In this document: one piece after another, positions 9,947 through 17,667 of the stretch | How positions within the stretch are numbered: the first letter of the stretch is position 1 | Layout: each line of letters starts with the position of its first letter | DNA from: Salinivibrio siamensis | GTDB lineage: Bacteria; Pseudomonadota; Gammaproteobacteria; Enterobacterales; Vibrionaceae | Assembly: GCF_001996005.1 (NCBI RefSeq) | Contig: NZ_MUFB01000002.1 | Span: forward strand, 1 to 24,000 | Reading direction: 5' to 3' | Length of the DNA: 24,000 bases | The notes under the pieces: model-generated | Databases searched by the model: none | Told to the model about the DNA's origin: nothing | The model's input: the letters and a program-made list of their open reading frames with translations, nothing else | Translations under genes and position numbers: made by a program

Positions 9947-11416
9947 ATGAAACTTTCCGATTTGCGCGATTTTATTGACTATCTTGAAACCCAAGGCGAG
10001 CTAAAACGCATTAGCCAGCCGGTTGATCCCGATCTTGAGATGACCGAGATTTGCGACCGCACGTTACGAGCTGGTGGTCCCGCACTGTTGTTTGAAAATC
10101 CCGTGGGCTATGACATGCCGGTGCTGGCGAACCTGTTTGGTACCCCCAAGCGTGTTGCTTTGGGCATGGGGCGTCACGACGTCCTCGAGCTACGTGAAGT
10201 CGGCAAATTGCTTGCTTATCTCAAAGAGCCAGAGCCGCCCAAGGGCTTTCGTGATGCACTCGATAAACTGCCCGTTTTTCGCCAAGTGCTCAACATGCCG
10301 GCGAAAACCGTACGCCGCCCTCGTTGCCAAGAGGTGGTGCTGAGCGGCGATGAAGTCGACCTGGATACCATTCCGGTGATGCGCTGTTGGCCGGGTGATG
10401 TGGCACCTTTGCTTACCTGGGGACTGACAATCACGCGTGGCCCTAACAAAAAGCGGCAAAACTTGGGTATTTATCGCCAGCAAAAGATTGGCAAAAACAA
10501 AGTGATCATGCGTTGGCTGGCCCATCGCGGTGGCGCGTTAGATTTACATGATTGGATGCAAACCCATCCCAATGAACCTTTCCCAGTGACCGTGGCCTAT
10601 GGTGCTGACCCTGCCACCATTCTAGGCGCGGTGACGCCCGTGCCGGATACCTTGTCCGAGTATGCGTTTGCCGGCTTATTACGGGGCAGTAAAACCGAAG
10701 TGGCCAAATGTATCAGCAACGACTTGGATGTACCGGCCAGTGCGGAAATTGTGATGGAAGGCTATATCGACCCTAATGAGTACGCGGATGAAGGGCCGTA
10801 TGGCGATCATACCGGTTATTACAATGAGGTTGAGCGTCATCATGTGTTCACTGTGACGCATCTGACCATGCGTAAAAAACCGATTTATCACAGCACCTAC
10901 ACAGGACGTCCACCCGATGAACCTGCCGTGTTAGGCGTGGCACTCAACGAGGTGTTTGTGCCGATTTTGCAAAAGCAGTTCCCAGAGATTGTCGATTTCT
11001 ACCTACCGCCTGAAGGCTGCTCGTATCGCATGGCGGTGGTAACCATGAAAAAACAATACCCCGGTCATGCCAAGCGGGTGATGATGGGCGTGTGGTCGTT
11101 CTTGCGCCAGTTTATGTACACCAAGTTTGTGATAGTGTGTGACGACGACGTCAACGCGCGTGATTGGAATGATGTGATCTGGGCAATAACCACGCGTATG
11201 GATCCGTCGCGCGATACCGTGATGGTGGATAATACCCCTATTGATTCGCTTGACTTTGCCTCTCCCGTGGTTGGGCTCGGCTCGAAAATGGGCCTCGATG
11301 CCACAAATAAATGGCAGGGGGAAACCGACCGTGAGTGGGGGACGCCTATTGCTAAAGATCCAGAGGTCGTCGCACGTGTCGACGCGATTTGGGATGAATT
11401 AGGGATCTTAGACTAA
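9947..11416 (+). CDS. ubiD: 4-hydroxy-3-polyprenylbenzoate decarboxylase (UbiD, 489 aa)
   Basis: The N-terminus LRDF...[50 protein letters not shown] matches E. coli UbiD almost residue for residue. It is followed by fre, as in E. coli. Confidence 0.93.
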   Translation: MKLSDLRDFIDYLETQGELKRISQPVDPDLEMTEICDRTLRAGGPALLFENPVGYDMPVLANLFGTPKRVALGMGRHDVLELREVGKLLAYLKEPEPPKGFRDALDKLPVFRQVLNMPAKTVRRPRCQEVVLSGDEVDLDTIPVMRCWPGDVAPLLTWGLTITRGPNKKRQNLGIYRQQKIGKNKVIMRWLAHRGGALDLHDWMQTHPNEPFPVTVAYGADPATILGAVTPVPDTLSEYAFAGLLRGSKTEVAKCISNDLDVPASAEIVMEGYIDPNEYADEGPYGDHTGYYNEVERHHVFTVTHLTMRKKPIYHSTYTGRPPDEPAVLGVALNEVFVPILQKQFPEIVDFYLPPEGCSYRMAVVTMKKQYPGHAKRVMMGVWSFLRQFMYTKFVIVCDDDVNARDWNDVIWAITTRMDPSRDTVMVDNTPIDSLDFASPVVGLGSKMGLDATNKWQGETDREWGTPIAKDPEVVARVDAIWDELGILD

Positions 11417-11530
11417 TCCTATTGGAATGCGCTAGCATTCACCGTTAACGATACAAACACAGCCAAAGGCGGTAGTGATGCCGCCTCTAATAACCTCATC
11501 GGCTGTAGCAATAACAAACAGAGGAACAGA

Positions 11531-12247
11531 ATGTCGATACTATGTGAAGTGACCGCCGTTGAGCCGTTGGCGTGTCACACCTACCGCATTATCCTAAAGC
11601 CGCAGCAGGCGGTGAGCTATCAGCCGGGGCAATACGTGATGGCGGTGATGGGTGAAAAAGATAAGCGCCCGTTTTCGCTGGCAAGCAGCCCATGTCGCGA
11701 AGCGGGTGCAGAGCTTGAGCTGCACGTTGGCGCGGCGGATGAAAACCCGTTTGCCTTAGAAGTGGTTGAAAAGGCCAAAGCCGCGTTAGAAAGTGGTCAA
11801 GCGGACTTTGAAATTACTGAGCCTGCCGGTGATGCTTGGCTACGTGAGAGCGAGCGTCCTTTGCTGCTGATTGCCGGTGGTACTGGTTTTTCTTACGTGC
11901 GCAGCATGGTCGATCACTGTATTAGCCAAGGTATACAGTCTCCGATCTTTATTTATTGGGGCGCCCGCACCCCTTGTCAGCTCTATGCGCATGATGAGCT
12001 GCAAGCACTGGCTGAGTCACACAGCAATATCACCTTTATGCCAGTGGTGGAGCAAGCCGAAGGCGAGTGGCGCGGCAAAGTGGGTAATGTATTGGAAGCG
12101 GTGATGGAAGATTTTGTCAGCCTGGGCGCTTACGACATCTATATCGCTGGCCGTTTTGAAATGGCGGGTGTGGCGCGTGACATGTTCTGCAAAGAGCGTG
12201 GCGTGAGCCGCGATCACCTTTACTCAGACGCGTTTGCCTTTATCTGA
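11531..12247 (+). CDS. fre: NAD(P)H-flavin reductase (238 aa)
   Basis: Flavin-binding RPFSLAS, the NAD(P)H-binding block [11 protein letters not shown], and the C-terminal DAFAFI all match E. coli Fre. GAGGAA SD upstream. Confidence 0.88.
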   Translation: MSILCEVTAVEPLACHTYRIILKPQQAVSYQPGQYVMAVMGEKDKRPFSLASSPCREAGAELELHVGAADENPFALEVVEKAKAALESGQADFEITEPAGDAWLRESERPLLLIAGGTGFSYVRSMVDHCISQGIQSPIFIYWGARTPCQLYAHDELQALAESHSNITFMPVVEQAEGEWRGKVGNVLEAVMEDFVSLGAYDIYIAGRFEMAGVARDMFCKERGVSRDHLYSDAFAFI

Positions 12248-12271
12248 TCGCGTCTTCTCTCTCGGATAAGT

Positions 12272-12300
12272 AAACAGGCAGGGATTTCCCTGCCTGTTTT
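12272..12300. terminator. Rho-independent terminator between convergent fre and the EamA transporter gene
   Basis: 10-bp stem acaggcaggg (12274-12283) pairs with ccctgcctgt (12288-12297), followed by TTTT on the plus strand. A short A-run on the other side makes it weaker on the minus strand. Confidence 0.8.
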
Positions 12301-12330
12301 GTGTTTGGGTGGCAGAGGCCGTGGGGCGGC

Positions 12331-13215
12331 CTACCGTGGGGTAGCATTCCGTTGGGCGGCAACGTGGCGTTTGACCCAGGTTTGGTTAAACCACAGCGCG
12401 GCTAAAATTAGTACCCCGCCACTGAGTAAGGGCAGCAGATCTGCATCGCGGTTCCAGATTAGTACATTGACCACAATCCCAGCTGGAATTAAAGCGTTGT
12501 TCATCACCGCGAGGGCCCCCGCATTGACCAGCGTCGCGCCTTTATTCCAAAAGAAATAGCCCAGCCCCGAGGCGATGGTGCCTAGATAAATTAACACGCC
12601 CCACTGGGTGGGTGTCGTGGGTAGCTTGTCACTGTTGCCGAGCAAGGCGAAAGCCAGCACGCCCACGACTAAAGCGCCAAGATAGAACCAACCGAATACC
12701 GCATGTTGAGGCAGCTGAGTTTGCTCTTTCTCAAGCAGGTACTTGTAACCGACTTGGCCAATCGCAAAGCAAAGGTTCGCCCCTTGTACCACCAAAAAGC
12801 CGATTAAAAAGTCAGGATTGACGGTCGCATAGCGGATCACCACGGCACCGAGCACCGCCATCGCGGCGGTGAGCAGATACCAAGCGCTAAACTGGCGTTT
12901 TAAGGCATCGTAAATCAAGGTGACGTAAAGTGGGGTAAAGACGGTAAACAGCAGCACCTCTGGTACCGACAAAAATAAAAAGGATTGATAGAAAAAGCAG
13001 TACATAATGCCGAGTTGACATGCACCGACCAGCATCAATTTTGCGGCAAAGGCAGGGCGCACTTGGCGAGGGCGCAAAAAGGGCAAAAACACCAGTCCAG
13101 CCAATACAATGCGCATCAGCACAGAAAAATAACTGTCTACTTGGCCGGCGAGATACACGCCAATCAGGCTAAATGAAAAGGCCCACAGCAGTGTGACGCC
13201 GCTAAGATACCCCAT
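12331..13215 (-). CDS. EamA/DMT-superfamily transporter (294 aa)
   Basis: Trimmed to the ATG at 13215, which has a GAAGGA SD 8-9 nt upstream on the minus strand. The protein is hydrophobic throughout, with about 10 predicted TM segments in two similar halves, typical of EamA-repeat permeases. Substrate unknown. Confidence 0.8.
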   Translation of the reverse strand: MGYLSGVTLLWAFSFSLIGVYLAGQVDSYFSVLMRIVLAGLVFLPFLRPRQVRPAFAAKLMLVGACQLGIMYCFFYQSFLFLSVPEVLLFTVFTPLYVTLIYDALKRQFSAWYLLTAAMAVLGAVVIRYATVNPDFLIGFLVVQGANLCFAIGQVGYKYLLEKEQTQLPQHAVFGWFYLGALVVGVLAFALLGNSDKLPTTPTQWGVLIYLGTIASGLGYFFWNKGATLVNAGALAVMNNALIPAGIVVNVLIWNRDADLLPLLSGGVLILAALWFNQTWVKRHVAAQRNATPR

Positions 13216-13325
13216 GACTTCGGTTCCTTCGATAAAATGGTAAAAAGGGCAGTGTACCGTTTCATCGCGGGGACGCAATCGGTTCATCTTGGTGTGGGTA
13301 GCAGATAAAGCGATGATGGCAGCAA

Positions 13326-13346
13326 GAAGGCGGAATCACCGCCTTC
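13326..13346 (-). terminator. Hairpin downstream of uspA (possible terminator, weak U-tract)
   Basis: Perfect 8-bp stem gaaggcgg (13326-13333) pairs with ccgccttc (13339-13346), with a 5-nt loop. On the minus strand only a short, interrupted T-run follows. Confidence 0.35.
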
Positions 13347-13368
13347 GCGGGGGAAGAAAGTGGTTCTG

Positions 13369-13794
13369 TTAGTCGCGGATAGGCACCATCAACAGATCCA
13401 CCGGTGTTTTATTGAGTAACTGCTTGGTGGAGGAGAGCAACGAGCTCCAAAAGTCTTGGTGATGGCCGACCACGACCAGATCGATCCCCATATTTTGAAT
13501 CGATTCAGTGATTTCTTCGGCAAGATCGCCACTGCTGACCAAGGTATGTGTCACTGGACTTTGCGCGTCACTGGCCAGTTGATTCAGCTTTTGCTGCGCC
13601 TCTTCAATCACACGGTTACGCGACTCGACCAAGTTAATGTCGATGAGCCCGGTGTAGAGCTCGGCGTAATTAACGTCGATATGGACTAAGGAAAGTTGGG
13701 CGTCGAGGGCACAGGCTAAGACATCGGCTTTCTTGAGCAGGCGTTCACTATCATCTGACAAATCGACAGCAACCAAAATATGCTTGTATGACAT
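13369..13794 (-). CDS. uspA: Universal stress protein A (141 aa)
   Basis: MSYKHILVAVDLS... N-terminus. The size and overall pattern fit the UspA family. uspB lies nearby on the opposite strand, as in E. coli. Confidence 0.9.
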   Translation of the reverse strand: MSYKHILVAVDLSDDSERLLKKADVLACALDAQLSLVHIDVNYAELYTGLIDINLVESRNRVIEEAQQKLNQLASDAQSPVTHTLVSSGDLAEEITESIQNMGIDLVVVGHHQDFWSSLLSSTKQLLNKTPVDLLMVPIRD

Positions 13795-13953
13795 AGAATT
13801 ATCCTTTTTATACGAGGTTGTAAACGCAGTTTAACCAGCTTGAGAGGTAAAATCCGTCACTGTGATCGCATTCCGATTAAGAATTCGACGATGACACGAG
13901 TCATAAATTCGATACAAGACTCGGTATCGATGCCGTTAGTCGGCGTGATCCGC

Positions 13954-13982
13954 TTGAAAACCAACGTGCTGCTGGTCAGAAT
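13954..13982 (+). promoter_or_regulatory. Candidate sigma-70 promoter for ftnA
   Basis: TTGAAA (13954-13959), a 17-nt spacer, then CAGAAT (13977-13982), about 35 nt upstream of the ftnA ATG. This is hexamer matching by eye only. Confidence 0.3.
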
Positions 13983-14015
13983 GGCAGCTAACCCCAAATA
14001 AAGAGGATGTTTTAT

Positions 14016-14546
14016 ATGCTAGCACCTGCCATGGTTGACAGGCTCAATGAGCAGATAAATTTGGAGTTTTTCTCATCAAATCTATACTTACAAATGAGCG
14101 CTTGGTGTGAGGATCAAGGCTTCGAAGGAGCCGCGCGATTCCTGCATAAGCACGCACAAGAAGAGATGCAGCATATGCAGCGCCTGTTTACTTACGTCAG
14201 TGAGACAGGGGCGATGCCTATTTTGGGTTCGATTGATGCACCGCGTCACGAATTTGCATCACTGGGCGAAGTGTTTCGTGAAACCTATCAACACGAGCGC
14301 TTGATTACGGAAAAGATTAACAGCTTGGCGCACGTTGCGTTTACCACGCAAGATTATTCAACTTTTAACTTCTTGCAGTGGTATGTAGCGGAGCAGCATG
14401 AAGAAGAGAAGCTGTTTAAAGGCATACTCGATAAGATCGAGTTAGTCGGCGAAGATGGCAAGGCGCTGTTCTTTATCGACAAAGACTTGGCATCGATGGC
14501 AGTTGAAGAGTCTACGTCAGTGATGGACGGCTCAGCAGGGCAGTAA
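14016..14546 (+). CDS. ftnA: Non-heme ferritin (176 aa)
   Basis: Start set at the ATG at 14016, with an AAGAGGA SD 8 nt upstream. Blocks shared with E. coli FtnA include LNEQ.NLE, QMSAWC, FEGAA.FL..HAQEEM.HMQRLF and [17 protein letters not shown]. Confidence 0.92.
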   Translation: MLAPAMVDRLNEQINLEFFSSNLYLQMSAWCEDQGFEGAARFLHKHAQEEMQHMQRLFTYVSETGAMPILGSIDAPRHEFASLGEVFRETYQHERLITEKINSLAHVAFTTQDYSTFNFLQWYVAEQHEEEKLFKGILDKIELVGEDGKALFFIDKDLASMAVEESTSVMDGSAGQ

Positions 14547-14553
14547 TCGACTT

Positions 14554-14596
14554 ACCTCTCCCTCTGAGCGCTATCCGGCGTAGCGGAGGGAGAGGT
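14554..14596 (+). promoter_or_regulatory. Stable hairpin sequestering the uspB ribosome-binding site
   Basis: acctctccctc (14554-14564) pairs perfectly with gagggagaggt (14586-14596). A G-U pair and a G-C pair extend the stem to 13 bp, with a 17-nt loop. The right arm contains the only SD (GGAGG, 14585-14589) for the ATG at 14599. No U-tract follows. Confidence 0.5.
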
Positions 14597-14598
14597 CT

Positions 14599-14946
14599 AT
14601 GAACGGTGATATCCTGATCATGGCGGTATTTACTGTCATGCTAGTCAATTTCGCGCGCTACCTATCTTCATTGCGTGCACTGGTAGTGATGTTACGCGAC
14701 GCCAATCCGCTGCTTTATCAGCAAATCTGTCGTGGCGATAACAACTTTTTCTCACTCTCACCCCAAGGCGATATCTCTCGGCAAAAACGCTTGTACCAGT
14801 ACATTCGTAGTCAGGAGTATCTGCATCATCACGATGAAGTATTCGTGGGAAAATGCAACAAAGTACGCCACTTGTTCATCCTTAACGCTGCGTTGTCTGG
14901 TGCCTTGCTCGCGACCTTTTTTCTCGTCGCTTTTGCGGGCTGGTAA
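14599..14946 (+). CDS. uspB: Universal stress protein B (115 aa, two TM segments)
   Basis: Matches E. coli UspB blocks N(F/M)ARY(L/F)SSLRAL, PLLYQ and HHD(E/D)(V/E)F. It has hydrophobic N- and C-terminal segments and a similar length (E. coli 111 aa). Confidence 0.85.
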   Translation: MNGDILIMAVFTVMLVNFARYLSSLRALVVMLRDANPLLYQQICRGDNNFFSLSPQGDISRQKRLYQYIRSQEYLHHHDEVFVGKCNKVRHLFILNAALSGALLATFFLVAFAGW

Positions 14947-14967
14947 GCGGACGCCAATAATTTCGAC

Positions 14968-14998
14968 AAAATGCTGACCGAGGTCAGCATTTTTTTTG
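14968..14998 (+). terminator. Rho-independent terminator of uspB
   Basis: Stem atgctgac (14971-14978) pairs with gtcagcat (14983-14990), followed by a T7 run (14991-14997). Confidence 0.85.
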
Positions 14999-15046
14999 TT
15001 AGTCTGACAAGCATAAACGCCTAGACACCGTAATCGTGAGGGAAGC

Positions 15047-16168
15047 ATGCAAAGCCTAATCCAATGGTGGCAATCACTCTATCAAGCCGCCGCGTGGGAC
15101 TGGATCTCAGATATTGTCATTTTGATGGGGCTTGGAGCCGTCGCCTGGGCGCTATGGCGTGTGTTGATGGGGCGCTTAAAGGCACTGGCAGAGCGCACGC
15201 AAACACGTTGGGATGATGTGCTGTGGCCCGCGATTGATACGCCATTTTCCCTCTTAATCTGGGGCTGGCCTGCGTTTCATGCGCTAGAAATTTTTCTTGA
15301 TAATACCGCAGGTCACTTGAATTTAAGCTGGGTGAGCGTGATCAGAGAGCTGCTGGTCGTGTTCTTATTGATCTGGTTTTTGCTCCGATTGGTCAACAGT
15401 GGAGAGCAGCTGTTATTTGACGAAGGGCGCCGTGATCACACCACGATTAACGCCATTGGTAACGTCTTACGCGCACTCGCCGTCTGCATTGGCGTGATTA
15501 CGCTGCTACAAAGCCTGGGTGTCAGTGTCTCCGGGTTACTCACGGTTGGTGGTGTGGGGGGCTTAATTGTCGGTCTTGCCGCCAAAGATTTGCTTTCCAA
15601 CTTCTTCGGCGGGGTGATGATCTACTTTGATCGCCCATTTAAAGTCGGCGACTGGGTACGCTCGCCGGATCGCAATATCGAAGGCACGGTAGAAAAAATT
15701 GGTATCCGCATGACGGTGTTACGCACCTTTGACTTACGTCCTTTATACGTGCCCAACTCGGTATTTAGCAACGTGGTGGTGGAAAACCCCTCGCGGATGC
15801 TTAACCGCCGCATCTATGAAACTATCGGACTACGTTACCAAGACGCCGATAAAATGAGCGCGGTGATTGATGATGTGTATGCCATGCTTGAGGCTCACCC
15901 AGACATCGAAACGCGACAAACCTTGATTGTGAACTTCAACAGCTTTGGCCCACACTCGCTCGATTTCTTTATTTACACCTTCACCAAAACGGTGAACTGG
16001 CAACGCTATCACCGCGTGAAGCAAGATGTATTGCTGCAAGTGATTGGTATTATTCATCAGCACGGTGCGGATATTGCTCTTCCAACCCGTACACTGCATA
16101 TGGAGCCAAGCCTGATGGCGCAGGGTGCCGATGCCATGGTGCCACCGCCTGAAGCGCAGGCGCGTTAA
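15047..16168 (+). CDS. Mechanosensitive ion channel, MscS family (373 aa)
   Basis: Several N-terminal TM segments are followed by the MscS pore-helix/beta-domain signature LLSNFFGGVMIYFDRPFKVGDWV...EGTVEKIG.R.T.LRT.D. GAGGGAAG SD upstream. Confidence 0.88.
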   Translation: MQSLIQWWQSLYQAAAWDWISDIVILMGLGAVAWALWRVLMGRLKALAERTQTRWDDVLWPAIDTPFSLLIWGWPAFHALEIFLDNTAGHLNLSWVSVIRELLVVFLLIWFLLRLVNSGEQLLFDEGRRDHTTINAIGNVLRALAVCIGVITLLQSLGVSVSGLLTVGGVGGLIVGLAAKDLLSNFFGGVMIYFDRPFKVGDWVRSPDRNIEGTVEKIGIRMTVLRTFDLRPLYVPNSVFSNVVVENPSRMLNRRIYETIGLRYQDADKMSAVIDDVYAMLEAHPDIETRQTLIVNFNSFGPHSLDFFIYTFTKTVNWQRYHRVKQDVLLQVIGIIHQHGADIALPTRTLHMEPSLMAQGADAMVPPPEAQAR

Positions 16169-16175
16169 ATCGCGC

Positions 16176-16203
16176 TTGCCGCTCACGTGCGGGCTGCTAC
16201 AAT
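16176..16203 (+). promoter_or_regulatory. Candidate sigma-70 promoter for the yhiN-family gene
   Basis: TTGCCG (16176-16181), a 16-nt spacer, then TACAAT (16198-16203), about 40 nt upstream of the GTG start. By-eye hexamer match only. Confidence 0.3.
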
Positions 16204-16244
16204 GCCGCTCCCACAGGGTGAGCAGAGAATAAACAGGTAAGCGT

Positions 16245-17429
16245 GTGACTGAGTATGATGTAATTGTGATTGGCGCCGGTGCGGCAGGATTGATGTGTGC
16301 AGCACAAGCAGGCCAACGTGGCCGCCGTGTTTTGGTGGTGGATCATGCCAAAAAACCGGGCCGCAAGATCCTGATCTCGGGCGGCGGACGCTGCAATTTC
16401 ACCAACTATGATGTCACCGCCAATAACTTCCTGTGTGAAAACCCGCACTTCGTCAAATCCGCATTGGCGCAATACAGCCAATGGGACTTTATTGGTCTGG
16501 TGGCCACCCATGGTGTGGCCTATCACGAGCGTGACCACGGCCAGCTGTTTTGTGATGACAGCGCCAAATATATCGTCAACCTGCTCTTGGCCGAATGCGA
16601 CCAAGCCACCATCAGTCAACGCTATCGCTGTGAAGTGCATGATATTGAACAAGAAGAAGCCGGATTTCGCCTTAAACTCAATGGCGAGCCGGTGCGCTGC
16701 CAGTCGTTGGTGGTCGCCACGGGCGGCCTTTCCATGCCCAAGCTCGGCGCCACCCCCTTTGGTTATCAGCTTGCCGAACAATTTGGCTTAAAAGTACTGC
16801 CCACCCGCGCCGCCTTGGTGCCGTATACCTTGCACCAAGAAGACAAAACCCGTTTTGCCGATATTTCTGGGGTGTCGGTGCCGTGTTCGATTACCACCGA
16901 ATCGGGTGTGTGTTTTACCGAGAACCTGCTCTTTACCCACCGCGGCTTATCGGGACCGGCGGTGTTGCAAACCTCCTCGTTTTGGCAGCCGGGCGAAGCG
17001 GTCACCATCGATTTACTCCCCAGTGAGTCGCTAAAAGAGGTGCTGGTGGCGATGCGTGATAAGCACCCCAACCAAACCTTAAAAACATCACTGTCTCGCC
17101 TATTCCCCAAACGTTTGGTCGAGGTCTTGATTGCGCGCGATAGCTTGCCAGATAAACCGCTCAAGCAGCTCGATGACAAACAGCTTGATCAACTGCATCA
17201 CTACTTTCACCAGTGGTCCATTGCCCCAAACGGCACCGAAGGTTACCGCACTGCAGAAGTGACGCTTGGTGGGGTAGATACCCACGCGATTTCCTCGAAA
17301 ACCCTTGAAGCGCGAGATATTCCCGGCCTGTATTTTATCGGTGAAGTACTTGATGTCACCGGCTGGCTCGGCGGCTATAACTTCCAATGGGCCTGGAGCT
17401 CCGGCTGGGTAGCCGGACAGCATGTGTGA
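16245..17429 (+). CDS. yhiN: NAD(P)/FAD-dependent oxidoreductase, HI0933/YhiN (BaiN-like) family (394 aa)
   Basis: GTG start. Rossmann motif DVIVIGAGAAGLMCA and the family signature ISGGGRCNFTN. The C-terminal GEVLDVTGWLGGYNFQWAWSSG block is typical of this family. Confidence 0.87.
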   Translation: MTEYDVIVIGAGAAGLMCAAQAGQRGRRVLVVDHAKKPGRKILISGGGRCNFTNYDVTANNFLCENPHFVKSALAQYSQWDFIGLVATHGVAYHERDHGQLFCDDSAKYIVNLLLAECDQATISQRYRCEVHDIEQEEAGFRLKLNGEPVRCQSLVVATGGLSMPKLGATPFGYQLAEQFGLKVLPTRAALVPYTLHQEDKTRFADISGVSVPCSITTESGVCFTENLLFTHRGLSGPAVLQTSSFWQPGEAVTIDLLPSESLKEVLVAMRDKHPNQTLKTSLSRLFPKRLVEVLIARDSLPDKPLKQLDDKQLDQLHHYFHQWSIAPNGTEGYRTAEVTLGGVDTHAISSKTLEARDIPGLYFIGEVLDVTGWLGGYNFQWAWSSGWVAGQHV

Positions 17430-17667
17430 TCTTGATTTTAAGCGCTCTCTAGTTGACTGTTTTTTAACTTAAAAATAGCAATCCTGTCTCAGTGTTGATA
17501 CATTAGCGCGCTTGCCATGTCGGATAAAAATTATCCGGCGCTGTGAACCCGCGACGCGCTGGAAGGGCTCGCGGTACCCTAGGGACGGGGTGACGGCTGT
17601 TCACTATTGCTACCTCGGTTATCGGGGAGTTTGGAATTAACCTGTCGTTGCTTTGAGAGCCGTTCCC

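Noticed and set aside
13891-13904. ATGAC-acga-GTCAT dyad in the uspA/ftnA divergent region, considered as a Fur box
   Set aside because: Only the ATGA...TCAT core resembles the Fur consensus, and the flanking AT-rich hexamer pattern GATAAT is missing. A matrix scan is needed, so I make no call.
16197-16781. 194-aa minus-strand ORF antisense to yhiN. Similar antisense or overlapping ORFs occur at 280-633, 2720-3175, 6004-6417, 8762-9172, 9493-9852, 10190-10525, 16766-17179, 18718-19185, 19790-20131 and 22827-23312.
   Set aside because: All lie inside well-supported genes on the opposite strand or in another frame. They have Arg/Gly/His-rich shadow-ORF composition and no recognisable motifs or SD sequences. 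Such frames are expected in moderately GC-rich coding DNA.
17501-17527. Sigma-28 (FliA) promoter upstream of the chemoreceptor (TCGGATAA against GCCGATAA)
   Set aside because: The -10 match is only 6 of 8, and the sequence at the required -35 position (CATTAGCG) does not resemble TAAAGTTT.
51-17537. The CGGATA...TATCCG half-sites recur in two dyads (49-81 and 17521-17537), considered as a shared regulator motif
   Set aside because: The spacing differs completely (17 nt against 3 nt). A given 6-mer is expected roughly a dozen times by chance in 24 kb counted on both strands, so coincidence is the simpler explanation.
17517-17546. 9-codon mini-ORF (MSDKNYPAL*) overlapping the CGGATAA/TTATCCG dyad, considered as a leader peptide
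   Set aside because: It has no SD upstream and no run of regulatory codons. Nothing suggests it is more than a chance ATG...TGA in a 238-nt spacer.
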